A stretch of DNA of 64,000 bases from Hyaloraphidium curvatum SAG 235-1. Lineage: Eukaryota; Fungi; Monoblepharomycota. The DNA lies in the NCBI GenBank assembly GCA_025558095.1, contig JAIVFI010000011.1, positions 752,568-816,567 of the forward strand, in the 5' to 3' direction. The notes beneath the pieces are model-generated. The model searched no databases, was not told the origin of the DNA, and saw nothing but the letters and a program-made list of their open reading frames with translations. The translations under genes and the position numbers were made by a program. Of this stretch, positions 34,489 through 46,006 are shown piece after piece. Each line of letters starts with the position of its first letter. Positions within the stretch are counted from its first letter, which is position 1.

Positions 34489-35073
34489 TTGTCACTGGTC
34501 CAGTAGATGCTCTCATTCCTCGCGAAGCGCTTCTCGCGGCGGTACATCTTCGTCTACAAGACTCCAGTGCTCCCAAAGCGGCTCGCACGCCGCCTCGACC
34601 TGGCATTCGCATTCCTCCCCTCCCCCCTCCCGCCTCGCCTTCCTCGCCTCCCTCTTCCCGGGCGCCACCTTCCTCGGCGCCCTCGACCCCCCGCATGCGC
34701 TCCCGGCACTCCCACCGCGCGGACGTGCTTCGCACCACCGGCTCCTCCTTCCCCTACGTCGCCACCCTTGCGGCCGAGGAGGACCGGCCGGTGGTGCTCG
34801 ACGGGCCGAGCGAGGAAAATCCCGGCGGGCGGGAGATGTGGGGGTACGCGAGGGCGGGGCATGCGAGGGTCGGGCCGGAGGGGGAGGCGGGGTACTTTGG
34901 CAGGGTGATGCAGGAGGGGAAAATTAGGAGGCTGGGGGAGGGGAAGAGGAGGGGGGTGGGGGGGGGGGGGCTCGGGTGGCGTGAGGCTTCCGCGTTGGGG
35001 AGAAAAATCCGTCCATTCGCGCAGAAAAGACAGGGGAACCGATCCTCCAATGCCCAACGACCGTCCGAAGCCG

Positions 35074-36676
35074 TCACCGCACGATCGGGCACGTGCTCTC
35101 CACCGTGAAGAACACGCCCAGCCCCCTGAGCACGCTCCACAGCCCGAACGCGACGGTGAAGACGGCGGCGAGGAACGCCCTCACGGCGCCGAAATCCACC
35201 GCGAGGCCCAGCACGCGCGACTTCCACCCCTCCAGGTGGCCCAGCGAGCCGAGGACGCGCTCCTGGTCCTCCAGCGCGGCGAGGACCGCGGCGGAGGCGG
35301 TGCGGCGGTGCCGCGCGAGGAGGGAGCGGGCTTCCTGGCGCGCCGAGTGGAGAAGCGTGGAGAGGCCGGCGACCTGGGCGTTGCTGGCCGCGGTCAGCAG
35401 CAGGAGCTTGGCGAAGCTGAAGACGGAAATGGCGATGCCCGTCAGGTTCCAGAGGGTGACGCAGCTGCCGGTGGCCTGGGAGGCGGAAGGCGGTCGGCGC
35501 CCCGTGCGAGAAGCCGGCCGGTCACGTACCAGGAGGACGACGGCCTGGAACACCGTCAGGGTCCCCATGCTGCGCGTGATGAGCCTCCCTCTGTCGAGCT
35601 GCTGCAGCCTCGTGCGGTACGCGGCCGACAGGGAGCGATGGAGCGCGAAGAACGGCTCCTGCTGCCTCGCAGGATCGAGCGCCTCGGGCGAGGAAAGCGC
35701 GGCGCGGTACCGCGCGAGGAACGAAGCCAGGCAGACGGCCATGGCGCGTGTGTGGAGCCGTTGCTGGAGGTTCAGGATGTTCCATCCGATTTCGAAGGAC
35801 ACCAGCGCCCGGATGAACTGGAAGTCGATCTCGTACAGCACTTGGAAAGGCGGCATGAGGTGGAGCAGGATCCTAACACGGCGGGGTGCACCAACCGAAT
35901 AAGGCAAGGACGACGGCGCTCCAGGGTGTGCTCCAGGTCCGCGCGCCCCACGTGAAAATGGGGGTCCACATCGAAAAGACGACCACGACGAGGTAATAGG
36001 CCAGGTTCTCCGCCCGGTCCACCAAGCGCCGCTCCCATGCCGCCCTGACCGGCAGGCGTCCCGCGCACGCCGCTTCCGTGCAGGGACACAAAGTATCTCC
36101 GGCGAGGTGTCGCACCAGAGGGGAGGCCTCGCGCTCGGTCAGATCTGGGGCCGCCTCGGTGTCTGCCTCTACCCCGGCGGGACCCCGCAGCGCCGCAAGC
36201 TGCAGCCAGCGGACCATTCCGGGGAGGGGGTGCTGGTCGGGTCCCGGTGGTGGCACCGCCGTCGTCTTGGAGCCGCCCCGCGCCAGCAGAAACACCAACG
36301 TCAGCACCGGCACCACAAGATACCCGACAACCGACAGCACGGTGATGGCAACGAGCGAGGCGGTGGCGAAAAGGCCGTCGTTGAAGGTCCAGAGGACCGC
36401 CAGCACGGGCACCATTGTCGCGCACGCGAGGGTCGCGCCCAGCCCGACGCGGCGCGACCACGGGGCCACCGCCAGCTGCCACCTGAGCTCGCGTGCGAGC
36501 GCCGGGAACGGGCGGAGGGCGGACAGCATGTCGGCGGCCGTCAGGGGCGGCGCGGTGCGCGGCGCGGTCGGCGCGGCGTCCGCGGGCCAGAAGGAGAAGG
36601 GCGCGTCCGTCGGCGCCGGAAACAGCGCGAGGCGCTCGGCCTCGGTGAAGCCGGAGAAGTTCTCGGCGGCCTCCAT
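35074..36676 (-). CDS. GRL/7TMIC-like multi-TM protein, copy 2; probable introns at 35841-35895 and ~35477-35530
   Basis: ERLALFP, HLAGDTLCPCTEAAC, SNAQV, WKSRVLGLAVDFGAVRAFLAAVFTVAFGLWSVLRGLGVFFTVESTCP. A 55-nt GT..AG intron reconciles the two ORF-track frames. Confidence 0.65.
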
Positions 36677-36820
36677 CCCTCCTTCTTTCCCCAACCCGTG
36701 TTGGTCTGGGGCGACGGAATCTTCGAATCTTCGACCGATCGCCAACGCAAGATCGGCGCCGCCTGTACCTCCTCCTGAGCCCCGAGCCCCTTTCCTGCCA
36801 TCGAAGCCTATTGGACCGGC

Positions 36821-37860
36821 ATGCAATCTGACGAAAACGGGCCGTCGGTGGCGGACGCCATGCCGGGGCCGGGATCCGCGGGCGATGCGGACCCGAGGTG
36901 CTCTGCTTGGTCTTCCGCGTGCTGGACGGGACGGGCGCCAAACGGACGCTTCTGGAGTGTGCCTGTGCTTCCCATGCTCTGAACGACCTCGCCCTCCCCG
37001 TCCTGTACGAGCGGCTGAGTCCCGTGGACGCGCATTTCCCTTCCTTCATGCCCGCCGCCCAGAGGCACGCCCACCGGGTGCGGCACCTCGAGCTCGACCG
37101 CGACAAACTGCATCTCGTGCGCTTCGTCGCCTGCATGGCCCTCTGTCCATCGCTGCGCAGCCTGCAGCTCAGGCTCGGGCTGCAAGTGTACACGGAAGGG
37201 CTCTCTGTGTTGCTCGAGCTCGTCGGGGGCATGCGCGACCTCGAGCGCCTCGAATTTCACGTCACGCAGCTGAGCGCGGAAGCTTTGTCGCGCGTCATTC
37301 TGCCTCCGAGGCTGAAGGAGCTCGTCATTGCCGGCGGGGTGCCCAGCGATTCGACTTCACTGGTATCGGCCATGGACTGTCTGACCGACCTGAAACGCCT
37401 GACATTCCAGATCGGGGGAGATTCGGGAAATTTCTCGGAGCGTGTTTCTGAAGCGCCGCACGTTGTGTCCGTCGTCAAACAGGCCGCCTTTTACCAGCGC
37501 GAAGTGCAGAAGGCTGACGTGCTGTTTCGCCACCCGTGCTTCCGACCTGAATCGCTCGTCCTTCACATGGGCAACGGCGAAGATGGAATCCCGCCGTCGG
37601 TTGCCTCAGTCAAGGGCCTGAACTTGCTGCACATCCTGGCCTGCCGGACGTCGGTCCTCGCCTCCCCCCTGCCCCCCGCGGAGTTCCTCCGCTCGACCGA
37701 CGTGCGCGCGGACCTCGAACCGGATCAGCTGCCGGCCGCCGAGCGCACCCTGGAAAGGTATTCACGCGTGAGGGTGTGGGACATATTCTTTGCGCGGGGC
37801 GAGGGATCGGCTGCCGACAAGGCGGAGAGGGCCATGTGGGGGCTGGAGAAGCGAGAATAG
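36821..37860 (+). pseudogene. F-box/LRR-like family copy; short out-of-frame deletion removes the GPALP motif near 36890
   Basis: ATG 36821 is out of frame with PEVLCLVF..KRTLLECACAS..LALPVLY; LFRHPCFRPESL; AERAMW. Confidence 0.75.
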
Positions 37861-37924
37861 ATTGCCGGCCGGCCGATTTGTTGGATTCATGTGGTGCAGA
37901 GTCGAGTGACCTGTTTTAGATAGC

Positions 37925-38102
37925 TTACACCCAGCACACGCTCTCCACCGTCAGGTACACCCCCGCCCCCCTCAGCAGCCCAAACACACCCACCGCGACG
38001 GTCAGCAGCGTCGCCGCCACCGTCCGGATGAGCCCCATCGACGCAGGTGCCCCCAAGAATGTCGCCCAGACCCCTCCCTTGAGCGCGGACGAGATCACCG
38101 CC
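37925..38102 (-). pseudogene. Isolated 3' end of a GRL-like gene, nearly identical to 47390-47568
   Basis: ATFLGAPASMGLIRTVAATLLTVAVGVFGLLRGAGVYLTVESVCWV*. Confidence 0.85.
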
Positions 38103-38228
38103 AGGGCTTGCTCTTCGCCAGCAGAGGAGGGGAAGCAGGGGAGATCGAGTGTGGGCGAGGGTTGGCTTTGGGGAGTTTTTGGCAGGTGGAGGATGGGTAG
38201 GCTCTATCATCGCACTCGACCATCATGA

Positions 38229-39390
38229 TCAGTGATCCATGCTGTCACTTCGGCCCCGTGTTCGAGGTTCCAAGATCGCGTCGTTGCTCCGGCAGCCCGA
38301 TCGCGCCTTTCCGCCGTTCACATCCGCCTTGGCCGCCTTGGCTGCGGCCAGCAACTCCTCCTTGACGATCTCCAACACACCGAGGAAGCTCCCTCCCCTG
38401 GATCCCCGCGAGATGAAGTCCTCGAGATCGATCTTGGGGTACTCCTTCGCCTCGCCCCCTTCCCCGCAGATGACCAGCGCCGTCCCCCTGCACTCCTCGT
38501 CCTCGATCAGCCTCATCACCGCGGCCACGACGGCTTCCATGGGTGTCCACCAGCCGCCCATCGGCAGCGCGTGCCTCCAAAGGGGGTGCTTGGCGACTTC
38601 TTCTGGCGTTGTCCCGGCGCCGATTTTCGTCATGATCGGGGTGAACACCGCGCCCGGGCAGATGGCCCCCGTCCGGATCGGCGACCGTTCCAGGCCGGCC
38701 TGCCAGGCGCGGGTTTCGAGGTCGCCCTGTAGCGCGGCGCAGAAGGAGATGATGCCAGCTTTGGCCACATGGTCTGCACGCCGGGGTAAGCATCCGTCGG
38801 CACCCTGCCGCCGCGCCGTGCTACCAACAGGAATAGCCCTGCTGGGACCACTTGTTGTAGATCCCGTGCATGCCGGCCAGTGAGGAGTTGGCAATAAAGA
38901 CGCCCGCGGTGCCCCCGTTTAGCCAGTGGTTGGCCGCGGCCTTGGCGAGCATCATGGTGCCGTACAGGTTGCCGTTGATGGTGTTGATGCTCGCCTCGTC
39001 GGGGCCCTCGAGGAAGGAGAGCTCGGCGCCGTACCCGGCGTTGGCAAACACGATCTCGCAGCTCCCCAAAGCGTCGACCGCCGCGGTAAATGCCGCCTTG
39101 CACGAGGCGAGGTCGTTCAGATCCATCCTGGTGAACCGCGCGCGGCCCTCGCCGTGCTTCTCCGCGAGGCGGGGGAGCACCTCGGCCGCGAGCGCCTCGT
39201 TGCGGTTGGCGATCATGACGCCGCGGCAGCCCTTGGCGAGAAGCTCCTCGACGACGGCGAGGCCTATTCCCTGGCCAGGCCGGGGAAGGGCGTCGGCGGT
39301 ACGTCCCCGCGGCGGGATCCGGGGCGGCGAATCGCGTACCTCCGTGCCTCCCGTCACCAGCGCGACCTTGTCCTTCACGCTGAACACCAT
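38229..39390 (-). CDS. Short-chain dehydrogenase/reductase; two introns; inverted paralog of 43712-44801
   Basis: VTGGTE|GIG, FANAG, spliced YHVAK catalytic motif, ICPGAVFT. Confidence 0.9.
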
Positions 39391-39589
39391 TTCCGCGGAC
39401 GGGGTGCGCTCACGTTCGGAATGGCAAGGGGGGACAGACCGGATTCCAACGAAGGTTCCGTCCGTGGGCTGGTCCGAATCCACGCCGCACCAGTCAACCG
39501 GCAACTATCGCAACGTACGAACCCAACAGAGACCAGGATTAACCAGCGCCTCTTAAGCGGCTGGTGGTATACATGCGTCCATCGACCCC

Positions 39590-40406
39590 CTAAGCCTTGA
39601 GGTGCGCGATCTCCTTCGCCAGGTCCTCCTCGGCGTCGAGGTGGAACAGCTCCCCCCTCTTCTTGCCGTTTGCCGCCAGCGCCGCCAGGAACCCGCCCAG
39701 CTTGGCCGTGTCGACGCCCGGGAACCCGAGCTGGTTCTGGCCGCCGCCAAAGGGCGCGATGCCGAAGTGCACGCAGGCCACGTTGACCCTGGCCGGGGTG
39801 CCCTCGTGCTCGCTTGCGAGGGAGAGACCGAGCGCATTGAGGGCGCCGTTCTTGATCGCGCCTAATGGACGAGAGCAGTCAGGGTCGGCGGTGTTCATCG
39901 GCAGGAAGGCACCGACCGGCCCACAGGATCGGCGCCATCGGGTTGCCGTGCGCCGCGCCGCCCGACACGATCGTGTACGAGGCGTCCGCGCCGTCCTTCA
40001 TCCGCGGCAGCAGCGCCGCGGCGGCCCTAAAGTGCGGCTCGAAGCCGTCCTCCAGCGCGGCCCGCAGCTCGGGAACCTTGCTGCCCGTGGCGGCGGCCGC
40101 AGGGATGTGAATGAAGCCGAGCGCGGCGACCACGTGGTCCGGCCGGGTTCCGAGCGCGGCGGTGACGGCGTCGGCGGCCTTTGCCGCGGCATCGTCCGAG
40201 TCGAAAGCGGCCTCCACAATTTTCAGCCGCGAGAGCGCGTCGTCGCCGGCGGCGGCCGCGAGCTTGGCCTTCAGCTCGGCCGCCTTGGCCGCGTCGCGCG
40301 TCGTCACGGCGACGTTGGCGCCCGCGGAGAGGAATTCGGCGGCGGCCCCCGACCCAGCGAGACCGGTGCCGCCGAGGATTGCTACGTTCTTGCCAGAGAG
40401 GGTCAT
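39590..40406 (-). CDS. Atypical SDR / NAD(P)-binding protein; one intron
   Basis: ILGGTGLAGSG Rossmann motif, DHVVAALG, YTIVSGG. Confidence 0.8.
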
Positions 40407-40947
40407 GGCGTGTTCGGAAATGGGGAGTGAGGGCGGGGCCGGTGCGTCGGTGGGGTCGAACGTTCGAAGAGAAGTGCGGGACCACGGCCGGCAACGGCGG
40501 GCTCTTATACTCGCGGGTGCGTTTGCTAATCAGAAGACTGTCGCGCTATCTTTTGGAGAGCGACGGCGAACCGGAACGACTTGCGGATGACCGCGGCGGA
40601 ACCACCTCGGAACAACTCTAATCCTCACCAGCCCGGGGCCCGAACCCCGCCCTCCGTCGGTGTGGGACGTTGGCGTGTCGACGCTTCGGCGAGCGGTCGT
40701 TTCGCAACAGCCACTTACAAAAGGCACCTTGGGAAGGACCCGGAACAGGGAATGAGGATCTGCATGGCCTGTCCGCCGTGAGGCGAAGGGAAGCAAACGA
40801 GGTGGAGCGATACCTGATCAGGCGCAGCAATGCCTTTCCATACCTGAATTACTGCCGAGCCAACCGGCTAGCCTCACAGTTAGGAGAGGAGAGGTCCGCG
40901 ACACGCCGCTTGTGGATCTTGACGCCAATACCATTCCGTTCGCGGGA

Positions 40948-41989
40948 TCACATGTTGGCCCCCTCGCCGTACCTCTTCCTCATCTGCACCCCACCCTTCT
41001 CCACCGCCCGCTTGACCAGCCGCGCGAAGCTCTCCGGATCCTGCGCCCCCACCAGCTCGAACGAAATCAGAACCCTGTCGTCCCCGTCTACGCCGCCGTT
41101 GGCGTCGACGACCTTGAAGTCGTACCACGGAACGCCCGTCACGCCGCGCTCGCGGACCTCGTGCTCCGCCTCGAGGACTTCGCGGCGGAGGGAGGGGGAG
41201 CGCAAGAAGGCGAGGGCGGATTGGGCGGCGGAGGGGGGGAGGCCCAGCGCGGGGAGGAGGGCGGCGAGGTTCTGCCATGGGGGGAAGGTGAGCGGATGCC
41301 GATCCGTGCTCCGGGGCGAGCCCACCTCCGGGTCTGCCACGTCCTTGCCCTCGGCAAATGCCAGGTCGTAGAGCTTCCCCATCGCCCCGTAGCCCAGGCG
41401 TTCCGCGTACGCCCCGCGCTCCCTCGCGGGGTCGGCGTCGGCGAGGCACGGCTCGCCCTCGTGCAGGCCCTGCAGCCAGCGCAGGAGGCGGTGGGCGTCG
41501 GTGGTGTCGGGGAGCTTCTTGCCCTTGCCGGCGGTCTTCAACGGCTTCATGGGGAGCCCGGCTTCCTGGACAAACGCTTTGACCTGTCCGGGCGGGGGGA
41601 ACTGATCAGGGGCGGCACCACGGGTGATCGGACGGGACGGTTTACCCTCGCGCCCTTCTCCTTCCGCTCCATGTCCTCCCACTCGTCCGCCGGCGGCGGC
41701 TGCTCCACGGCCTTCTGGTCCGCGGGCCGCTCGGAGCCGTCAGCGAGCAGCCGCTGCGCGTGGTTCACGAAGAACGGCCGCACGGCGAGGCGGACCTTGG
41801 CGGGCGGCAGCAGGGTGCCGAGGGACTCGAGGGCGGAGGAGAAGCGCGCGTGGGAGAGGTAGCACCTGAGCGATTTAATGGGTGAGGTGAGGGTGGGGGA
41901 GACAGGACATGGAAGCGGGGAGGGGCTCACCACGGGCACGATACGTCGGCGTACACGTCCACATCGAGCTGCCAGTTGTCCGCGGACAT
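40948..41989 (-). CDS. DsbA/FrnE-family thioredoxin-fold protein; several introns
   Basis: Spliced ADVSCPW|CY (CPWC), TTDAHRLL, RGVTGVP, GAQDPESF. Confidence 0.85.
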
Positions 41990-42159
41990 GGCGGCGGCGG
42001 CGGGCGGCGGCGGGAGGGCGGGGCGGCGGGGCGAGACGCGGGGGAACTCGTGCCGATGGGCAGCCGGTCAACAAACCGACGCCGGCCGCGGACCCGGAGA
42101 TCGGACGGGTTCCGGACAACATAAGGGCGCAATCGGTATCATGCAATCGCAAATCCATG

Positions 42160-43056
42160 TCATTGGCATGCAAACCCCCCTGCAGAGCGCCGGCTCCCGT
42201 CCCTCGTCCCCGCCGCATCCCCTGGGCACGCCAACCCGGCAAACAGCCCGTCCATCAGCCTCTTTACCAGCTCCTTCTGCTCCTCCTCATCCAACCCTCT
42301 CTCGTACTCGTCCTTGGACCACGTCCATCCCACCTCCGGCTGGGGGCAAAACCTCACCCTCCTCCGTTGCGGTCGCAGCTCGGGGAACAGCGCTCGCCCG
42401 CCAATGCTTGTGAGCGCCCAGGTGTGCAGGTCCTCTTCCGACGGCGGGGAATCGAAGGCGGGGAGCAGAGCGGGGGAGGGGCAGGGGGAGGCGGTCCGTG
42501 CGTCGTCGTCCGAATCGGGTTCCGGGTCCGGGGAGACGGAGCGCCAGTCCACCCCCGACGCCTCCGAGCCGGCGGTCGAGTCGGAGTCTGACCCCGATAG
42601 TGCCTCGCCGTCGGGACAGTGGCAGCCCCAGGTGGCAAGTCCGGGCACGGCGATGGGGATGTCGACGAAGCCGTCCCCCCCATCGGCGTGCTCGGGCGGC
42701 GGGTCGGCGTCGGCCGGCAGCGCGAGGAACCGCGGGCGGGGTGGCGACGGCCGCCGCCATCTCGGCACCGCGGGGGCGGCGGGGAGCGCCCACCAGCGGG
42801 GGGACGGCGTCGGTTCTCCCGGGCACCGGCACGGGCAGGGGTCGTCTCCGTGCGGCGTGGGGCGGTTCCGCGTGTTCGCCCCGTCACCGGGCGGGCAGAG
42901 GCAGGTCGGAACGGAGGAAGTGAGCCCGGCCGGGGTGCTCTCCGACTTTGCGCGCCGGAGCAGCGACCGGACCCATTCCTCGCCCTTGCGCTCGCCCGGG
43001 GATCCGAGATCCGAGTTTGTACGGTGCCTCCCACTCTGCATGACAGCGGTCTGCAT
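42160..43056 (-). CDS. Disordered protein with C-terminal RVxF motif (RRVRF..EVGWTWSKDEYER); putative PP1 interactor
   Basis: Low-complexity body followed by RVRF and a TWS..EYER motif. Start and possible intron uncertain. Confidence 0.55.
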   Translation of the reverse strand: MQTAVMQSGRHRTNSDLGSPGERKGEEWVRSLLRRAKSESTPAGLTSSVPTCLCPPGDGANTRNRPTPHGDDPCPCRCPGEPTPSPRWWALPAAPAVPRWRRPSPPRPRFLALPADADPPPEHADGGDGFVDIPIAVPGLATWGCHCPDGEALSGSDSDSTAGSEASGVDWRSVSPDPEPDSDDDARTASPCPSPALLPAFDSPPSEEDLHTWALTSIGGRALFPELRPQRRRVRFCPQPEVGWTWSKDEYERGLDEEEQKELVKRLMDGLFAGLACPGDAAGTRDGSRRSAGGFACQ

Positions 43057-43711
43057 ATCCTCTTTTCGATTTGTGGTGCTGAGTTCGTGTTTATGTGCGG
43101 CCTGCGGAGCTTCGGCGATTGGGGCGGAGGATCCATGCGCCGCGCTGCGCCACGCCGGAACCGCCGACGCGCCACCGGCACGGAAAAACGCCGGGGAGCC
43201 GGCCCGGACCGAAAATTCAAGACGTTCCGACGTTGGCAGTGCGGAAGGAGCGGATGGAACGATCAATGGGCCGCAGCAGGTTCTTTGGTTGAAGAGTCCG
43301 ATCATGGGGACGGGCGGCGTTGCCTGTGGGACTCGTTGACGCACCGGCCGCCGGTCGTCCACGCCGTCCCACTCGATCGGAAACCGACGTTCTGAGCCGG
43401 CGAGTCATGGTCGGGTTGCATGGGGCCTCAAGAGGTAGCCCCGTGGGAATCCAGGGATGTCGAGTCCCGGTCCGCAGAGTCGCAGCGCCGCCGCCGATGC
43501 CGCGGACGCAACGCTCGATCCCGGGTGGACGGATCGGATCACTTGCCACGCACCATGTACTTGAGCGCCGCCAGCCCATCGATGTGTTGTCCAGGTGCGG
43601 CGGTCAGGGCCCTGAACCTTCCCTCGAACGTTCGAAGGGACCTCCCACTGGCCCCCTCTTGAGTCCTTCCGATCCCGACCAGTCGCCGCTCCCGCACTTC
43701 CGCCCGCCGAA

Positions 43712-44801
43712 ATGGTCTTCAGCGTCAAGGACAAGGCCGCGCTGGTGACCGGCGGCACGGAGGTGCGCGATTCGCCGCCCGGGATCCCGCCCTATCGAGC
43801 CCCTGACGCATTCCCGCGCCTCGCCCGCGCAGGGAATAGGCCTCGCCGTCGTCGAGGGGCTCCTCGCCAGGGGCTGCAAAGGCGTCATGATCGCCAACCG
43901 CAACGAGGCGCTCGCGGCCGAGGTGCTCCCCCGCCTCGCGGAGAAGTACGGCGAGGGGCGCGCGCGGTTCACCAAGATGGACCTGTACGACCCCGCGTCG
44001 TGCAAGGCGGCCTTCGCGGCGGCTGTCGACGCCTTCGGGAGCTGCGAGATAGTGTTCGCCAACGCCGGCCAGAGCGCCGAGTTCTCCTTCCTCGACGGCC
44101 CCGACGAGGGGACAATGAACACGCTCAGCAGCCTGCTCTTCGGGACCATGATGCTGGCCAAGGCTGCCGTCAACAGTTGGCGCGGCAGCTGGTCGCCGGG
44201 CGTCTTCGTCGCCAACGCGTCGCTGACCGGCCTGCACGGCGTGCACGACAAGTACTGCCTGCCGTTCAACTCCTGTGGGCCGCCCGATCCCTCCCGCCCC
44301 GCTTTTCCTGACGCCCCCCTGTGCCCAGACTACACCTCCAAGGCCGGCCTCATCGGCTTCTGCGCCGCGCTGCAGGGCGACCTCGAAGCGCGCGCGTGGC
44401 AGGCCGGCTTGGACCGCTCGCCGATCAGGACGGGCGCCGTGTGCCCCGGCTCCGTGTTCACCGGGCTGTTCCCCAAGAGCGGCATCGGGAAAACGGAGGA
44501 GGAAGCCGCGGCGTCGCCGCTGTGGCGGCACATGCTGCCGATGTTCGGGGGTTGGACGCCCATGGAGGCCGTCGTCGCGGCGGTGGTGCGGTTGATTGAG
44601 GACGAGGAGTGCAGGGGGACAGCTCTGGTCGTCAGCGGGGAGGGAGGGGAGGCGAAGGAGTACCCCAAGATCGATGTGGAAGACTTCCTTTCACGCGGGG
44701 GCAAGCCGGGGAGCTGCGTGGGGGAGGTGGAGACCATCAAGCGGGAGCTGCTGGACGCGGCCAACGAGGCCAGGGCGGGTGCGGGGGGGGGGAAGGCGTG
44801 A
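43712..44801 (+). CDS. Short-chain dehydrogenase/reductase; two introns
   Basis: MVFSVKDKAALVTGGTE|GIG, FANAG, spliced YYTSK. Same intron positions as 38229-39390. Confidence 0.9.
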
Positions 44802-44912
44802 TCGGGACTCAGGGACTGATCATCCGGGTGCCAGAAGAACGAGACAGGATCGTGGACATGACCGGGGTCCGGCGAAGGAAATAGAGTGACATGCGCAAAT
44901 AGCCCGATCGTG

Positions 44913-45800
44913 TCAGCACCGGAAAGTAGTCAGCCGTCCTCCAGTGAGCCTCCTCCACATGGCCGCCTCCGCCGCATCGTGCGGGCAGGTCGCCCCCCTT
45001 CTCAGGCGAAGCCGCATAACATCCACCGCACCGTAAAGGCCCTGCAGAAGCACTTCCAGGGCCGCACACTGGTGCTCATCCACAGTTGCTTTGAACACGT
45101 TGATGACCAGCCGCTTCGCGGGGGGCAGCGCCGCGCCCAGGAGGACCGACGTCGCGCCGGCGCGCAGCTCGAGCTCCTCGAGGCCCCGAAGCGAGGCCAG
45201 GAGAGGATGTAACCGCAGCGGCTGCCAGTCACGGTCGCGGTCCAGGCCGATGGAAACCGATGCCGGCCGGAAGCGCGGGCTCCGAAACAGGGCGTCGGCG
45301 TACCGGAGGTGGTCACAGGGAAAACTTAGACTCGCGATGACGGACACGGCGCGCTCGTATGATGGCAGTCGCTCCAGGAGCTGCGGAACGAAGCGGCCCG
45401 TCGTCCGGATTTCCAGAGTCTCCAGGTTGGCGGCGGCGGAATCGAGCAATTCCAGCGTGCGCCTGGGGTTACGGGGACACGGTCCGTCGATAGCGAGATG
45501 CTTCAAAAAGGGGGTAACGAATCCAGCGAAAGGTAGTCCAACGACGAGGTCAGAAGCTCCAGCCGCGTTAGATTCGACATGCCGGCCAGGAGCCCGAAGG
45601 CCTTGGGCGCCGACCAAGAAAGACCAAGGATCAGGCTGCGAAGCGCCTCGAACATGGCCAGGCACGCACAGAAGCGCCCGTGGGAAGCAAAGTGGCGGTC
45701 GTCGAGCTCCAGGTCGCGGACCAAGTATGCGTGCCCCGGGCCGCTCGCCATGAATGAGGGCGACGACGCGTGAGACGCGCTCTCGGAAGATTGACGAGCC
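44913..45800 (-). pseudogene. F-box/LRR-like family copy; degenerate 5' end; frameshift at the T run 45505-45509
   Basis: PSFMAS..HAYLVRDLEL..ACLAMFEALRSL, then LKHL..LFRSPRFRPAS..AEAAMWRRL in another frame. Confidence 0.75.
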
Positions 45801-46006
45801 TTGGGCCGTGGGAGAATTCCCTGCCAAAATCCCTTGGCCAGCCACGTCGGGTCCGACTTCACGAGTCTCCCTTCAAGGCGGCACTGACGTTCTATTCGAT
45901 TGCTACACCGGACTGCGAAGACTTTCTGGTCTAAGCCTGCAGTTTTCAAGCGGGAGCCGAACGGGAGGCGGACGGAACTTTCCTCGCGACCTCGCCTCGG
46001 TAAACA

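Noticed and set aside
34500-34980. Small ORF fragments and G-rich tract after the nitrate-reductase-like gene
   Set aside because: No consistent frame or recognisable domain, and G-runs are common in this genome.
35841-35895. Apparent frameshift in GRL copy 2
   Set aside because: A 55-nt GT..AG intron with a CTCAT branch-like motif restores the frame and paralog-like spacing.
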